Source: a virus. Taken from it: a stretch of 64,000 nt of DNA. The translations under genes and the position numbers were made by a program. The stretch spans positions 1 to 64,000 of the IMG/VR virus record IMGVR_UViG_3300036823_000324, one strand, 5' to 3'. The notes beneath the pieces are model-generated. The model saw nothing but the letters and a program-made list of their open reading frames with translations. It had not been told where the DNA came from and did no database searches. Shown piece after piece: positions 37,153 to 47,600 of this stretch. Each line of letters opens with the position of its first letter. The stretch's first letter is position 1.

Positions 37153-39047
37153 GGTTCTTCGGATTCCTGGTAGAAGGGCGGTTCCCAGAGGTAGGACGGC
37201 GCCCATCCCTCCTGCAGGGCCAGCTGTGGCGCTTCGGGCTGCTGCGCCGAGCTCGTGAACCGTGGGCCGGTCCATTCATTGCTGCCGCGGTCGCCGTCGA
37301 TCGGGCCCTCGGGGGCGAGCGCCCCTTCGACCAGCGCCACCTCGTCGAAGGTCACCTGGCCTACCGCTTCGACTTCGTCACCCCACAGGCTCAGGCCGAT
37401 GGCCACGTAGGCGGTTCCGGGGGGCGCCGTCGCGCCGGCGAGTTCCAGCCACGAGGGTTGCAGCTCGCCCGTGCCTGCCGCGACCGACAGGTCTTCGCCC
37501 AGGGGTTCGCCGTCTTCGTCCCGGAAGCCGACCGAGAGCTCGCCGTGGGTGTCGGGGCTCGCGTACGCGCTCAGGGCGCCCGCCGAGAAGACCTGACCCG
37601 CTTTCGCCGGCAGCCGGCGTTCGGTTGCGATGCGCCGCCCCGGGAAGTAGGCCCCGGCCAGCATCGCGGTCGCCTCGGCCACTTCTTCTTCGCTCAGATC
37701 GGTGAGGAAGACGGCGAAGGGGAGCATCTGGCCGGCCGCGAAGTTGCCGCCCATGTTGCCGACGATGAACGACTGCCCGGTGTCCTGATGCGTGGTGACG
37801 GACGCGCCGCTCGCCACCAGCACGGCGTTCACGTAGGAGGCATAGGTATTGGCCACGCCGTCCCAGGCGACGGCCACGATACAGCTGGCCCCGCTTTTGA
37901 CCTGTTCACCCGTCGCGGCCTTGTTGGAGGCGGTTTCCCCGTTGCCGAGCCTGAAGGTGAGGTTCCCCGCAGCCGAGACGTAGACGCCGCTGTTCAGCCC
38001 TCCTGCCCCTCCGCAGATCCCTTCGGCCGTCGTGATCGATGGGAAGTTGAAGGCGGCGAGGAACGTCCTCCGGACCCCCCGAGCAAAGGGGCCGATGTCG
38101 GAGGCCGATTCGTTGGCGGTTCCAGACCAGCCCGCGAGGCCGGATTCAAGCTGGGCGACGGTCGGGAAGTATTCGCCTGCGACTTCGCCGCGTTCCCAGA
38201 GTGGTTCTTTCCACGCGTATTTGCCGGTGACGACCGTGCCGCTGGAAGTGCTGGAGATGATCACATAGGGCTGGGCAAAGGCAACTTCGCCGCCGGGGAT
38301 GACGCAGACGCGGGTCTGAGTGCCGGATTTCGTGATGGCGACGAGGTCGCTGCTCAGGAATGACCCGGCTGCGGTGAGGTAGCGGAGGCCGTAGGTGAAT
38401 TGCATTCCGGCCGCCGCCTGGACGATTTCCGCAGGCATCTTGATCACGATCTTTTCCCCGGCGACGACGGGGAAACGACAAGCTTCGGAGGACGCGACCG
38501 GGAGGAACTGCGTGTTGCCCGCGATCGAGGCTTTGGACGTGGCAGTGACGTAGTTGGTCCAGCCTTCTTTTTCTTCGAGGACGGTCGTCCCGAAGTTCTG
38601 AGTGAAGAAGTTGTTCCATTTCTTCAGCGGGTTGACGCAGAGGTTCGTCCGCGTCTTCCACCCGGTGTCGATGTAGTTGGTGCCGCCGAGGGTGGCCACG
38701 GCACTGCCGGGAACCAGCCCCGGCGCCACGAGCCCCCCACCATTGACGAAAACCCCCGCAGGGAGTGGGACAGTTCCGAGATTTGGGACTACGACGGCGC
38801 TCGCCGCGCTCGCAGGAGGCGCGTAAAGAAGCGCGGCCCGCGACAAGGGGCCACCCGCGGCGAGGGTCTTCAGGGCGAGGGAGCGCTCCCCCAGGATCGT
38901 CGGGCCGTAGGAGGGGTCGCTCTCGGCGAGGCCGGAGCCCACGACCCGGCTATCGTCGACTACCCCTTCGGCGACAACCCGCGGATCGGCCTTGATCGCC
39001 CCCGACTCGAAGCCGGGATCGAGGTAGAGGTTGGCGACGGCGGTCAT
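37149..39047 (-). CDS. Baseplate/tail protein with carbohydrate-binding and LamG-like modules
   Basis: NLYLDPGFES, RTNLCVNP, YVNAVLVAS, DGDRGSNEWTG...SS. Confidence 0.65.
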   Translation of the reverse strand: MTAVANLYLDPGFESGAIKADPRVVAEGVVDDSRVVGSGLAESDPSYGPTILGERSLALKTLAAGGPLSRAALLYAPPASAASAVVVPNLGTVPLPAGVFVNGGGLVAPGLVPGSAVATLGGTNYIDTGWKTRTNLCVNPLKKWNNFFTQNFGTTVLEEKEGWTNYVTATSKASIAGNTQFLPVASSEACRFPVVAGEKIVIKMPAEIVQAAAGMQFTYGLRYLTAAGSFLSSDLVAITKSGTQTRVCVIPGGEVAFAQPYVIISSTSSGTVVTGKYAWKEPLWERGEVAGEYFPTVAQLESGLAGWSGTANESASDIGPFARGVRRTFLAAFNFPSITTAEGICGGAGGLNSGVYVSAAGNLTFRLGNGETASNKAATGEQVKSGASCIVAVAWDGVANTYASYVNAVLVASGASVTTHQDTGQSFIVGNMGGNFAAGQMLPFAVFLTDLSEEEVAEATAMLAGAYFPGRRIATERRLPAKAGQVFSAGALSAYASPDTHGELSVGFRDEDGEPLGEDLSVAAGTGELQPSWLELAGATAPPGTAYVAIGLSLWGDEVEAVGQVTFDEVALVEGALAPEGPIDGDRGSNEWTGPRFTSSAQQPEAPQLALQEGWAPSYLWEPPFYQESEEP

Positions 39048-40897
39048 CAGCTCAAGGTGAGTTGACCCAAAACCGGATATTGCGTGACCTTGATCGGCAG
39101 GTCGACCTGGCGCACCGGTTCACCCACTTCGATGCCGACGATCGAGCTGACGCCTTCCAACACTTCGCCCGTCCTGCCGGCATAGGTGACTTCCTTGCCG
39201 CCGACGTAGACCGTCCCCGAGGTCGCGAACGGGTCCCCGGATTCGGGGACGAGGACGATGAACCCCGACCCGGATTCGATGACCGAGCTCGTCGCGCCGG
39301 GCGAGAGCAGGACCAGGTCGGCGACCCCGGCGACGTTCTTCATCACTGCCTCGAGGGCGGAGATGCGGAGCGGCTCACCCGGCTTCAGCGTCTGCATCCA
39401 TTCGCTGATCGCCGCTTCGAGCAGCGCGCTGAGGTTGGCCGTGCCGGGGGCGCCCGAGAGGCTGAAGCCCGCTTCCGGGATCACCTTGGCGGCCACGTCG
39501 AAGACCTTCGGCAGCGGCGTCCCGACCGTCACCGCGGCGCCAACCGGGGCGCGGCCGCCGCCGGCGGGGCCGCCCTCCGACTGGATCGTGAAGTAGTCCC
39601 AGGTGATCGTGGCCGCGGCGCTGGTGACCTGGTGGATCTGCAGCGCGGTGATCGCCGACCAGTCAGGTTCTTCATGTTCGGTGAACTGGTTGCGCTGGAT
39701 CCGCCACAGCCACCATGCGCTGCCGCTGGTGGGCTTGGTGGTTCCCGACCCCGAGACCATGGTCATTTTCGCCTCGAAGTAGGCCGTTTCGCCCGACATG
39801 AGGCGGACGCTGGTGGTGTTGGTGAGGCTGGCCCAGTTGCCGGCCTTCACCCACAACATGATTTCGTCGCTGCCGCTGAACCGCGACAGGTCCATTCCCC
39901 GCAGCACCTGGGCGACGTCGGCCTCGGCGCCGATCGAGGTGACCACGAGCGCCTGGGCGCCGGCCTGTCGGTTGGCTTCGCTCCAACTGATCGAACCCGC
40001 GCCTTCGGTGTGGGTCCAAGGATCGCCTTCCTCCATCTGCGCGAGCAGTTGACGGGAAGGGTCGAGGTACTTCTGCACTTCCTGCACGGTCGGCCAGTCG
40101 ATGCCGACGAAGCCTGGCCCACGTAGCGAGACGAACACCGAGCCGTTCACCCGGTTGTCGCGCACCCCCGGGGTGGTGCCGGAGGTGTCCCACAGCGGTT
40201 CGACGGCGACATCGACAATGCCCGGTTTTTCGAGGCTCCAGACGATGTAGTCGAGGACCGCCCCCGAGCCGAGGCTGAGGGCCGCCTGGGCTTCGAGGCG
40301 CAGACGGTAGGCTTCGTCGGTCTCCGGGTCGCTGCCGCCGCTGATCGCCGTCGGGTTCGAGACGCCTTCCACGCCTTCCACGTTGGGCGATTCGAGCAGG
40401 GTCGCGGCACCCGGGCCCTGGTTTCCGGCGGAGCCGTTTTCGACCGAGATCACGGGCACGTCGACGAATCCCGCGGCGCCGACTTCGACGGAGAAGAGGT
40501 TGCTCGTCTGGTAGGTGACGCGGGCCTGGTCGGGGTCCGTGATCGCCACCCCGACCAGCGTCGCCGGAGGAATGTGGGTGTCTTCCGGGGCGGTGAAGCG
40601 GACCATGCCGACGGCGGCGGTCCCTTCCTTGCGGGGCGTCCCGTAGTTCACCCCGTGCGCGTCGAGCAGCGGCCCCCAGGCCCAGCGGATGAAGGTGTAG
40701 GAGAGGTAGCGGTTGAGTTCCTGCCATATCCGCGTGAATTCGGGCACGTCGATCTCGAGCATCTGGCGGGCCCATGCACCTTCGATCGACGACCAGTTCT
40801 CCGGCACCCCCGCCAGTAGTCTCGCCCGCACCGTATCTTCGGTCTCGAGGTAGACCCTCGGGAAGACTTCGGGGAGCGGGGTGAGGGTGGTCGGCAT
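39047..40897 (-). CDS. Baseplate J / XkdT-like protein with inserted domain
   Basis: WGPLLDAHG...GTPRKEGTAAVG.V.F, GSAGN, GGSDPETDEAYRLR, DYIVWSLE, APVGAAVTV. Confidence 0.9.
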   Translation of the reverse strand: MPTTLTPLPEVFPRVYLETEDTVRARLLAGVPENWSSIEGAWARQMLEIDVPEFTRIWQELNRYLSYTFIRWAWGPLLDAHGVNYGTPRKEGTAAVGMVRFTAPEDTHIPPATLVGVAITDPDQARVTYQTSNLFSVEVGAAGFVDVPVISVENGSAGNQGPGAATLLESPNVEGVEGVSNPTAISGGSDPETDEAYRLRLEAQAALSLGSGAVLDYIVWSLEKPGIVDVAVEPLWDTSGTTPGVRDNRVNGSVFVSLRGPGFVGIDWPTVQEVQKYLDPSRQLLAQMEEGDPWTHTEGAGSISWSEANRQAGAQALVVTSIGAEADVAQVLRGMDLSRFSGSDEIMLWVKAGNWASLTNTTSVRLMSGETAYFEAKMTMVSGSGTTKPTSGSAWWLWRIQRNQFTEHEEPDWSAITALQIHQVTSAAATITWDYFTIQSEGGPAGGGRAPVGAAVTVGTPLPKVFDVAAKVIPEAGFSLSGAPGTANLSALLEAAISEWMQTLKPGEPLRISALEAVMKNVAGVADLVLLSPGATSSVIESGSGFIVLVPESGDPFATSGTVYVGGKEVTYAGRTGEVLEGVSSIVGIEVGEPVRQVDLPIKVTQYPVLGQLTLS

Positions 40898-41520
40898 CAG
40901 ACGGTGAACTGGAGTGGGATCGCGCCGGTCGCTTCGTCGTCGACGTAGATCGCGAGGTCGATCAGCAGCGAATCCTGGGTGTCGGCGACGACACTGCCCT
41001 TCGACACGGATTCGATTTCGACGCTGCTGATCCGCGGGTGCCGTTCGAGCCCTTCTTCCACGGTGCGGGCGGCCTCTGAGTAGAGGACGGGTTCGCTCAG
41101 GCTTTCGCCGAGCAGTTGCTGGAGGTCGGTGCCGAAGTCCGGGTCGAAGATCACGTAGACGCCCTTCGGCGTGTTGATGCACGTCTGGCACCATTCGATG
41201 ATCGCCTCGACGCCGGTGACCATCAGCACGTCACCCGTGGTCGTCCTGAAGAATTCGCCCGTGGTCCAGTCGAACGCAGGTTCCTGTCGGTAGTCGAGAT
41301 CCGGTTCTTCGGGCAGGTCGGGTTCTTCGGCGCTCTGTTCTTCGAGGTCGCTGAGCAGCTGCGCGTCCCCACCTTCGTCGGGGGGGTAGGGATCGTCTTC
41401 GGCGGGAACGACAGGGAAGAGGAGGTCGAATTCGGTCGCGAGATCTTCGACGAATTCGTTGTCGGAGAGGATCGCCTCCTGGGTGGCAGGATCCTGTTCC
41501 GGATTCAGTCCTTCGGGCAT
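40897..41520 (-). CDS. XkdS/DUF2634 (gp25-like) baseplate protein
   Basis: AFDWTTGEF...GVEAIIEWC...T...Y.IF..DFGTDL...EEGLERHPRISSV. Confidence 0.8.
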   Translation of the reverse strand: MPEGLNPEQDPATQEAILSDNEFVEDLATEFDLLFPVVPAEDDPYPPDEGGDAQLLSDLEEQSAEEPDLPEEPDLDYRQEPAFDWTTGEFFRTTTGDVLMVTGVEAIIEWCQTCINTPKGVYVIFDPDFGTDLQQLLGESLSEPVLYSEAARTVEEGLERHPRISSVEIESVSKGSVVADTQDSLLIDLAIYVDDEATGAIPLQFTV

Positions 41521-41548
41521 CGGGGGCGATTCTAGGCCCGATGCCGGA

Positions 41549-41842
41549 TCAGGCGCCGTCGAGAACGCCGACCACCACGTATTCGTCGCCGACCGCGATC
41601 ATCAGGACGCGGTCGTCCTTTTCCAGTTCCGATGGTTTGGACCCCACGAAAGAAAGGTCGTCCTCGTTCATCGTGATCCGCTCCCCGGGCACGTAGATCT
41701 CGACGTGTCCGCCTTCGGCCAGGATCACTTCGCCGATGTCGTTGGCTTCGCGCTGCTGGATCCGGCCGGCCGTCTCGCGCGAGTGGTGGCCGAGGATCTT
41801 CCCCAGTTCCTTACCTGCGCGGCGCGCGCCCTGGCGGCTCAA
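41549..41842 (-). CDS. Baseplate spike (XkdR-like)
   Basis: LEKDDRVLMIAVGDEYVVVG; position after hub. Confidence 0.6.
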   Translation of the reverse strand: MSRQGARRAGKELGKILGHHSRETAGRIQQREANDIGEVILAEGGHVEIYVPGERITMNEDDLSFVGSKPSELEKDDRVLMIAVGDEYVVVGVLDGA

Positions 41843-43605
41843 TGGACCTTCACCCGGCTGTTGTAGACGCCGAGGATCAGCTGTTCGTAGCCGGCTTCGC
41901 CGCACCAGGGCGAGATCGCGATCTCGTGGATCTGCTGGGTGTCGGGTCCGCCGGCCGTCGCCATCACGCCCGAGTAGGGCTGCGTCTTCAGCAGGTTCGA
42001 GCTCGCTTCCGCGGCGCCGGACGCCGATCCGAAGTGCTGCCCGGGACCGATGTTCAGCGGGTTGTCTTCGGGGCCGCCCTCGGCGACCGCCCAGGCCCCC
42101 AGCACACGCAGCGAGAGACCGGTTTCTTCGGCCACCTGTTCGCAGAAGGCGGTGTACTGGCCGGCGCCGGTCAGGGTCCCTTCGACGGGGTGCTTACCCG
42201 AGGCCCTCGAGCCGGGGCTCAGTTCTTCCCCGGAGGGCTGCACGTCGACGTCGACTTCGCGCTCGCGCCAGACCAGGCTGAGTTCCATCTCATAGTCACC
42301 CGGCGTGATGGTGTGGGTCACCGTCTGGGTGAACAGTTCTTTTTTCAGCACGCCCGCGGCGCCCATCGGGATCCGCACGTAGATGCGATCCCCTTGTTTG
42401 ATGAAGAAGTTCCCGTCGGCGCTGATGGTCAGGGTCTTCAGCGCCCGCCCCAGCGCATTGACCGTCCTCTGCGCCTCCTTGTAGGTCCAGTCGGGGTCGC
42501 GCAGGTTGGCGAACCGCTTGCCGACGATGATGTTGCCGAAGAGCAGGGTGAGCGCCGCCGCCTCGTTGGTTTCGGCCTCCAGGCGTTTCTTGTTGTGCGC
42601 TTCTTCGCGGCGTTCCTTCGCCCGCGTCTTCTCCGCCTTTTTCGGATCTTTGGCTTTCTTTTCGCCTTCGAGTTTCTTGCGTTTCTTGTTCGATTTGAAC
42701 GAGCCCAGCGGCAGGACGACGGTGGCGAGCGAGCTGGTCAGGTCGCGCGAGAAGGTGCGATTGCGGATCTCCCTCGGGGTCAGCGCCAGGATGCGCCGCG
42801 CCGCCGGTTTGCGGACGATCGCCAGCCGCCCCTTCGTCGACAGGATGTAGTAGTGCTTTTTTTCGTGCTTGCGCTCGATCGTGTACGCGCGGGCGAGGGC
42901 TTCGTACACGCTGACATTCCGCATGTGGAGATAGGGGAAGCGGTATTCGGCCTTCGCGATCCGCATCTTGCCGGTCGTCTTGGCACTGCCCCCGGCGGTG
43001 TGCCCGGCTTCTCCCACCTTTTCGCCCTTGTCGCGCGTGACGGGGGCGGTGTAGGCGACCGGGATCTTGAACGTCTTGATTATGTCCTGCGCCACTTCGT
43101 CGGCGGTCCACCCTTTGGGGTGCTTCTTGTCTTTGCGGTACAGGAAGTTGTGGCCTTTGGCGATCTGGAGGAAGAGCAGCAGGTCGTAGGCGACGATCGT
43201 GATCATCGCTTCGCCGGATTCCGATTCGGTGTCTTCGGCCTCCCAGGCGACGACCCGCAGGCGTTCCCTCCACTTCTGGCCGGCCGCTTTCATCTCGACG
43301 AACCACACGATGCCGAGTCGGTTGAAGAAGTCGCTGGCTTTGCCGTCGCCGTTGTCGAGGCTGATCGTCACCTCGGTCGCGCCCTGTTCGGCGGCTTCGG
43401 TCCAGCTGACTTCCTTCAGGCGCCTCGTCGCATCACGGAACTCACGGGTCGGGGGGTAGTAGGCGCGGAGGCGGACGGCTTCCGCGGCGCCGGCGTCGAA
43501 GGCACCGGGACCGCCCAGGGAGCGCTTCTGCCCGGGCGGGCCACCGGTGTCGCCGATCGCCTGTTCTTTGGCCTGTTCGGCGAGGCCCCCGGCCCGGCGC
43601 GCCAC
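41839..43605 (-). CDS. Baseplate hub (XkdQ-like) with C-terminal lysozyme-like domain
   Basis: ITIVAYDLL.FL, TADEVAQDI, VTHTI..GDYEMELSL; C-terminal LGAWAVAEG...NPLNI...SPW. Confidence 0.75.
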   Translation of the reverse strand: MARRAGGLAEQAKEQAIGDTGGPPGQKRSLGGPGAFDAGAAEAVRLRAYYPPTREFRDATRRLKEVSWTEAAEQGATEVTISLDNGDGKASDFFNRLGIVWFVEMKAAGQKWRERLRVVAWEAEDTESESGEAMITIVAYDLLLFLQIAKGHNFLYRKDKKHPKGWTADEVAQDIIKTFKIPVAYTAPVTRDKGEKVGEAGHTAGGSAKTTGKMRIAKAEYRFPYLHMRNVSVYEALARAYTIERKHEKKHYYILSTKGRLAIVRKPAARRILALTPREIRNRTFSRDLTSSLATVVLPLGSFKSNKKRKKLEGEKKAKDPKKAEKTRAKERREEAHNKKRLEAETNEAAALTLLFGNIIVGKRFANLRDPDWTYKEAQRTVNALGRALKTLTISADGNFFIKQGDRIYVRIPMGAAGVLKKELFTQTVTHTITPGDYEMELSLVWREREVDVDVQPSGEELSPGSRASGKHPVEGTLTGAGQYTAFCEQVAEETGLSLRVLGAWAVAEGGPEDNPLNIGPGQHFGSASGAAEASSNLLKTQPYSGVMATAGGPDTQQIHEIAISPWCGEAGYEQLILGVYNSRVKVH

Positions 43606-43607
43606 GT

Positions 43608-43943
43608 CTAGCCCCCCGCGGGGATGACCCTCAGTACGATCCCCTCCCGGAACGGCAGGTCCGGCGGCACGATGTCGCCGAGCCAGGACTTCCCGTCACC
43701 CAGCAGCTGATGACCGCCGGCCTTGTTGAGGATCCGCTCACCGAGGGTGCCGGGGAAGCGCCATGCGGGCTCGCCCATCGGCACCGGGTCGGGGTACCAC
43801 CACAGTTCGCCGATCAGGCGGCGGTTCAGCGAGACCAGCTCTCGCCACTTGGCTTCCGAGCCCCACTCATACATCGCGACGTAGAGGAGGGTGTCGCCTT
43901 CGTTGGTCTGGTAGGAGGCATCTCGGGGTTCCTTGCGCAGCAT
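43608..43943 (-). CDS. LysM-like tail protein X
   Basis: YQTNEGDTLLYVAMYEWGSEAKWRELVSLN...GIVLRVIP. Confidence 0.7.
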   Translation of the reverse strand: MLRKEPRDASYQTNEGDTLLYVAMYEWGSEAKWRELVSLNRRLIGELWWYPDPVPMGEPAWRFPGTLGERILNKAGGHQLLGDGKSWLGDIVPPDLPFREGIVLRVIPAGG

Positions 43944-43945
43944 CG

Positions 43946-44692
43946 TCAGCTCTTGCGGTTGCCGCGCTTGCGGCCGACGTGGGCGCCGTGCTTGGAGACG
44001 GTCGCGCTCTGCACTTCGAGCTCACGGAATTCTTTGAAGCTGATGTTGAAGAGGAGCACGTCGGGGTCGACATCTTCCCAGCGGTAGGTGAATTCGGTGA
44101 TCACGGCCGGGTTGTTCCACCCGAAGTCGTCGCCGATGATCAGCCGGATCACCTCGCCCTTGTCCTTGATGTTGGTCAGCAGGTCGGCGAAGGCCTGGGC
44201 TTCGAGGTAGTTCTGCCCGGCGACCGCGCCTTCCTGCATGACGACGCCGTTGTCGCCGCCGATGTTGAAGGGCGCGCCGGCACCCGAGATGTGCGCCTGG
44301 TTCATCAGCTTGTTGAGCAGCGAGTCGTTGATTTCCTTCGCTTCCGGGCTTTCGCCGGCGCGCAGGCTGCCGTGGGTGTAGTAGAGCGGCGGCTCGAGCC
44401 GGCCTTCGAACGGCACGACGTCGAGGTTGCGGCCGCCGAAGGCGATCCGCTCGCCGCCGTGCAGGAGGCGCGTCGAGACCCATTCGGCGGCGGTCTGGAC
44501 CGGGATCACCGTCGGGGTCACGGGGAACGTCACCCAGAACTGCAGGTCTTCTTTGTCGTAGGGCCCGACCGAGATCTGGATCCCGTGCTGTTCGACGGCG
44601 CCGCGCTTGCGCGGCCTCGGCCGTTTTGCGGCCTTCTTGCCGCGCCCGGCGTTGCCGAGGCTGCGGGCTTTGGCGAGGGCATAGCGGGCCAT
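43946..44692 (-). CDS. Tail tube initiator (XkdP N-terminal-like)
   Basis: FPVTP..I...IRLII...ITEFTY...DVLLFNISFKEFR. Confidence 0.7.
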   Translation of the reverse strand: MARYALAKARSLGNAGRGKKAAKRPRPRKRGAVEQHGIQISVGPYDKEDLQFWVTFPVTPTVIPVQTAAEWVSTRLLHGGERIAFGGRNLDVVPFEGRLEPPLYYTHGSLRAGESPEAKEINDSLLNKLMNQAHISGAGAPFNIGGDNGVVMQEGAVAGQNYLEAQAFADLLTNIKDKGEVIRLIIGDDFGWNNPAVITEFTYRWEDVDPDVLLFNISFKEFRELEVQSATVSKHGAHVGRKRGNRKS

Positions 44693-47600
44693 CAGACCGT
44701 CGGACCCGTCAGGTGGGTGAACTCGCCGCCGCCTTCGGGGTGGTTCTGCATCTCCCGGCGCACCGCGGCGACGAGCTCCTTGGCGAACTCGTCGAGGTCC
44801 TCGTGGCTGCCGATCGACACCGGGCCGTTGATTTCGATCTTGACGCCGCCGCTGCCCGTCCCCGGCGTCGCCGTGCCGTGCCTCAGGACTTCGGGCGACG
44901 GCCGGCCGCCGGCGCGGAAGTGCGGCCGCTGCTCGCCTTCGAGCCAGTTGAGGACACCCGGGAAGGTCATCCGCTCGAGCTGGCGCTCGCCGTCGTCGGT
45001 GACCACGAACTCCTTGGGCGAGACCGAGATGTCGACCGAGTCTTCGGGGGTCCGCATCCCTGGCACGCGACCGCCGGCGGCGAAGCCCTTTTTCTGTTTC
45101 TGGCCTTTGCCGGCCATCCGGGTGCTCGAGACGCCGCCGGTCAGCCCGAGGTTCGCGTGGCGTTCGCTGAAGCCGGGCCGGTAGGTGTAGTCGCTGATCC
45201 AGCCGTAGCCTTCGCCCGGGTTCGAGGCCGAGGTGCCGATCGCTTTGGGCCCGCCGCGCGTCTTCAGGACCGAGTAGACGTGGTCGGGGCTGGCGAGCAC
45301 AGTCGCGGCCCCTTTGCCCGGCCGTTCCCAGTTCATGAAACCGCCCGAGACCATCGGGGGGAAATTCCAGCCGGCGCCGTCGAAGAGCTCGGTGGTACCT
45401 CCTGAGCAGTCCCAGGCGCCGTCACGCGAGGCGGTGGCGCCGTGTCCGCCGCCCCACAGGTACGGTTTGCGCAGGGAGGTCATGCGGTTGCCGTTGGCGA
45501 TCAGCGCGGCCATTTTCGGTCCGCCGCCCGCCTGTGCCTCTTCGTCGATACGGCTCCGCAGCGAGCGCAGGATCGCGGTGTCGAGGGACCCTCCCTCGGT
45601 CTGGCCGGCGGCGAAGGCGGCGCCGCCGACGCGACCGCCGGAGGCGAACCCCGCGCGGCCGCCGCGGCGTTTCCCTTTTCCCCCGCCGCCGCCGGCGCCG
45701 ACTTCGGGCTGGGGCATCGTGCCGCCGCCTTTGGAGCCTCCCGGAACCGTGTTGAGCGCCCCGAAGGCCGCTTTGACCAGGCGCTGCGCGGCGTTGCGGA
45801 CGGCGCCTTCCTTGGACTGGATCCCGAGCGCGTACTGGCTCGAGATCGTCGCCCCGCCCTTCTGCGCCGCTTCCTGCGTTTCATGTGAAACGAGGCCGCC
45901 CGGGCTGGCGCCGTAGAGCATGCCTTTGATCACCGGTTCGGTCGCGCGCGCCGCTTCGTGGGAGCTCTGGTTGCTGCCGAGACCTTCCGCGAAGGATTCC
46001 GAGGCTTTCTGGCCGGCCTTCTTCAGTTCCCCGGCTTTCGATTCGATCTGTTCGGCCGAGGATTTGACCAGCCCACCGCCGAAGGAGAGGCCGAAGCCGC
46101 CCGCGTGCACGCCCGCGCCGACGGGCGCGTTCTTGCCGGCCGCGGCGGCGGGATGGAAGCCGAGCAGGCTCGCCATTTCGTGGCGCACCTTGGTCGCCTC
46201 CCCGCCTTTCAGGCCGAGGTGGTTGACCACGCCTTTCATGTAGAACTGCGCGGCTTCTTCGCCGTCGCGCTGCTCTTTGCGGTTCGAGCTGTGGAGGAGT
46301 TTCTTGATCGTCCCGGTGCCCGGCAGTTTGCCCCCGTGGATGTCGCCGACGGTCACCCCTTCGAGTTCCTTCTCGAAGTGTTCGAGCGGCCCTGAGATCT
46401 GGCCCAGCTCGTGGGAGAACTGCGATGCGGTACCGCCGATGTTGCGCCAGGTGGAGCCGAACTGTTTCAACGGGTTGCCGGCGCCGCGGCCGAAGACGTT
46501 CTCGAACTGCCGCCCGAGGACGCTGACTTCACCGACGTTGCCGGTGCGCGCCGCGTACATCGCCTCCTGCAGTGGTTTGCCGGTGATCCCCTCTTTCTGC
46601 AGGCGGGCGCGGAGGGTACGTTCGGCGCGCTCGGCTTTGACGAGGCCTTCGCTGGCACGGATGCCGCCGAGCAGTTTCGCGCCGGGCACTCCCGCTTCGA
46701 CCCCGAACGCCTGCCGTTCGCCCTGTTTTTTGTTGAAGTTCTCGGCCACTCCGGTGATCGGGTTGTAGTGGACCAGCGTCGGTTCGATCGCGGCGATCGA
46801 CTGGATCAGCGACTTCCGTTTTTCCACCAGTTCGTTCTGCCGTTTTTCGTGGCCGGCCTGTTTTTCGATCGCCTTGGTGAGGTGGTCGTATTCCTTGACC
46901 ATCGGCGCCAGCTCTTCGCGCCGCTGTTTCCACTGCGTGGTGATCTGTCGTTCCGCGGCGCCCGATCGCTGCGGGAGAAGTTCGCGTTTGCCTTCTTCGC
47001 CGCTCGGGAACAGCGAGAAGCCGCTGAGCACGTCCTGGAAGGCCTTCGTGCGGTTGCCGAGCATCCCGTAGCCGTTGTTGCCGAACATCCCGGCGGGGCC
47101 GGGATGAGCGGAGCCACCCAGTCCCCTTTCGCCGAGGACCCCGTTGTAGATGCTCGGGTCGATCAGACCCAGCGCGAGGGGTGCGAGGCCCGCTGCCGCG
47201 CCGCCGAGCCCGGTGAGGGCCGCGGCGCCACCCTCCTCGCCCGCGCCCCAGAAGGGGCTCAGGAGCCGTCCCAGGAGACCACGACCCGCCGACGTCGTCG
47301 CCGCGCCGGTGCCGGCGCCGAAGAGCCCCGACGTTGCCAGCGCGGCGCCCTCGCCGAACTCGCCGGACGCCGCCTGGCGCGAGGCCGCGGCTCTGAGCAG
47401 GTCCTCCGAGCTGTAGGCGGTGACACTCTGGGGGATGGTCGGCACCGGCCTGAAGGCGGCGCGGATCCTCGACAGCACCCCGCCGCCGGCGGCAGGCGCC
47501 GCGTTGAAGGCCGCCCCTTCGACGGCGGTGCGGCCGAGTGACGGCACCAGGGAACCGCCGCGCAGTTTGGAGATGCCCCGGGCGCTCGAGAGCATCCCGC

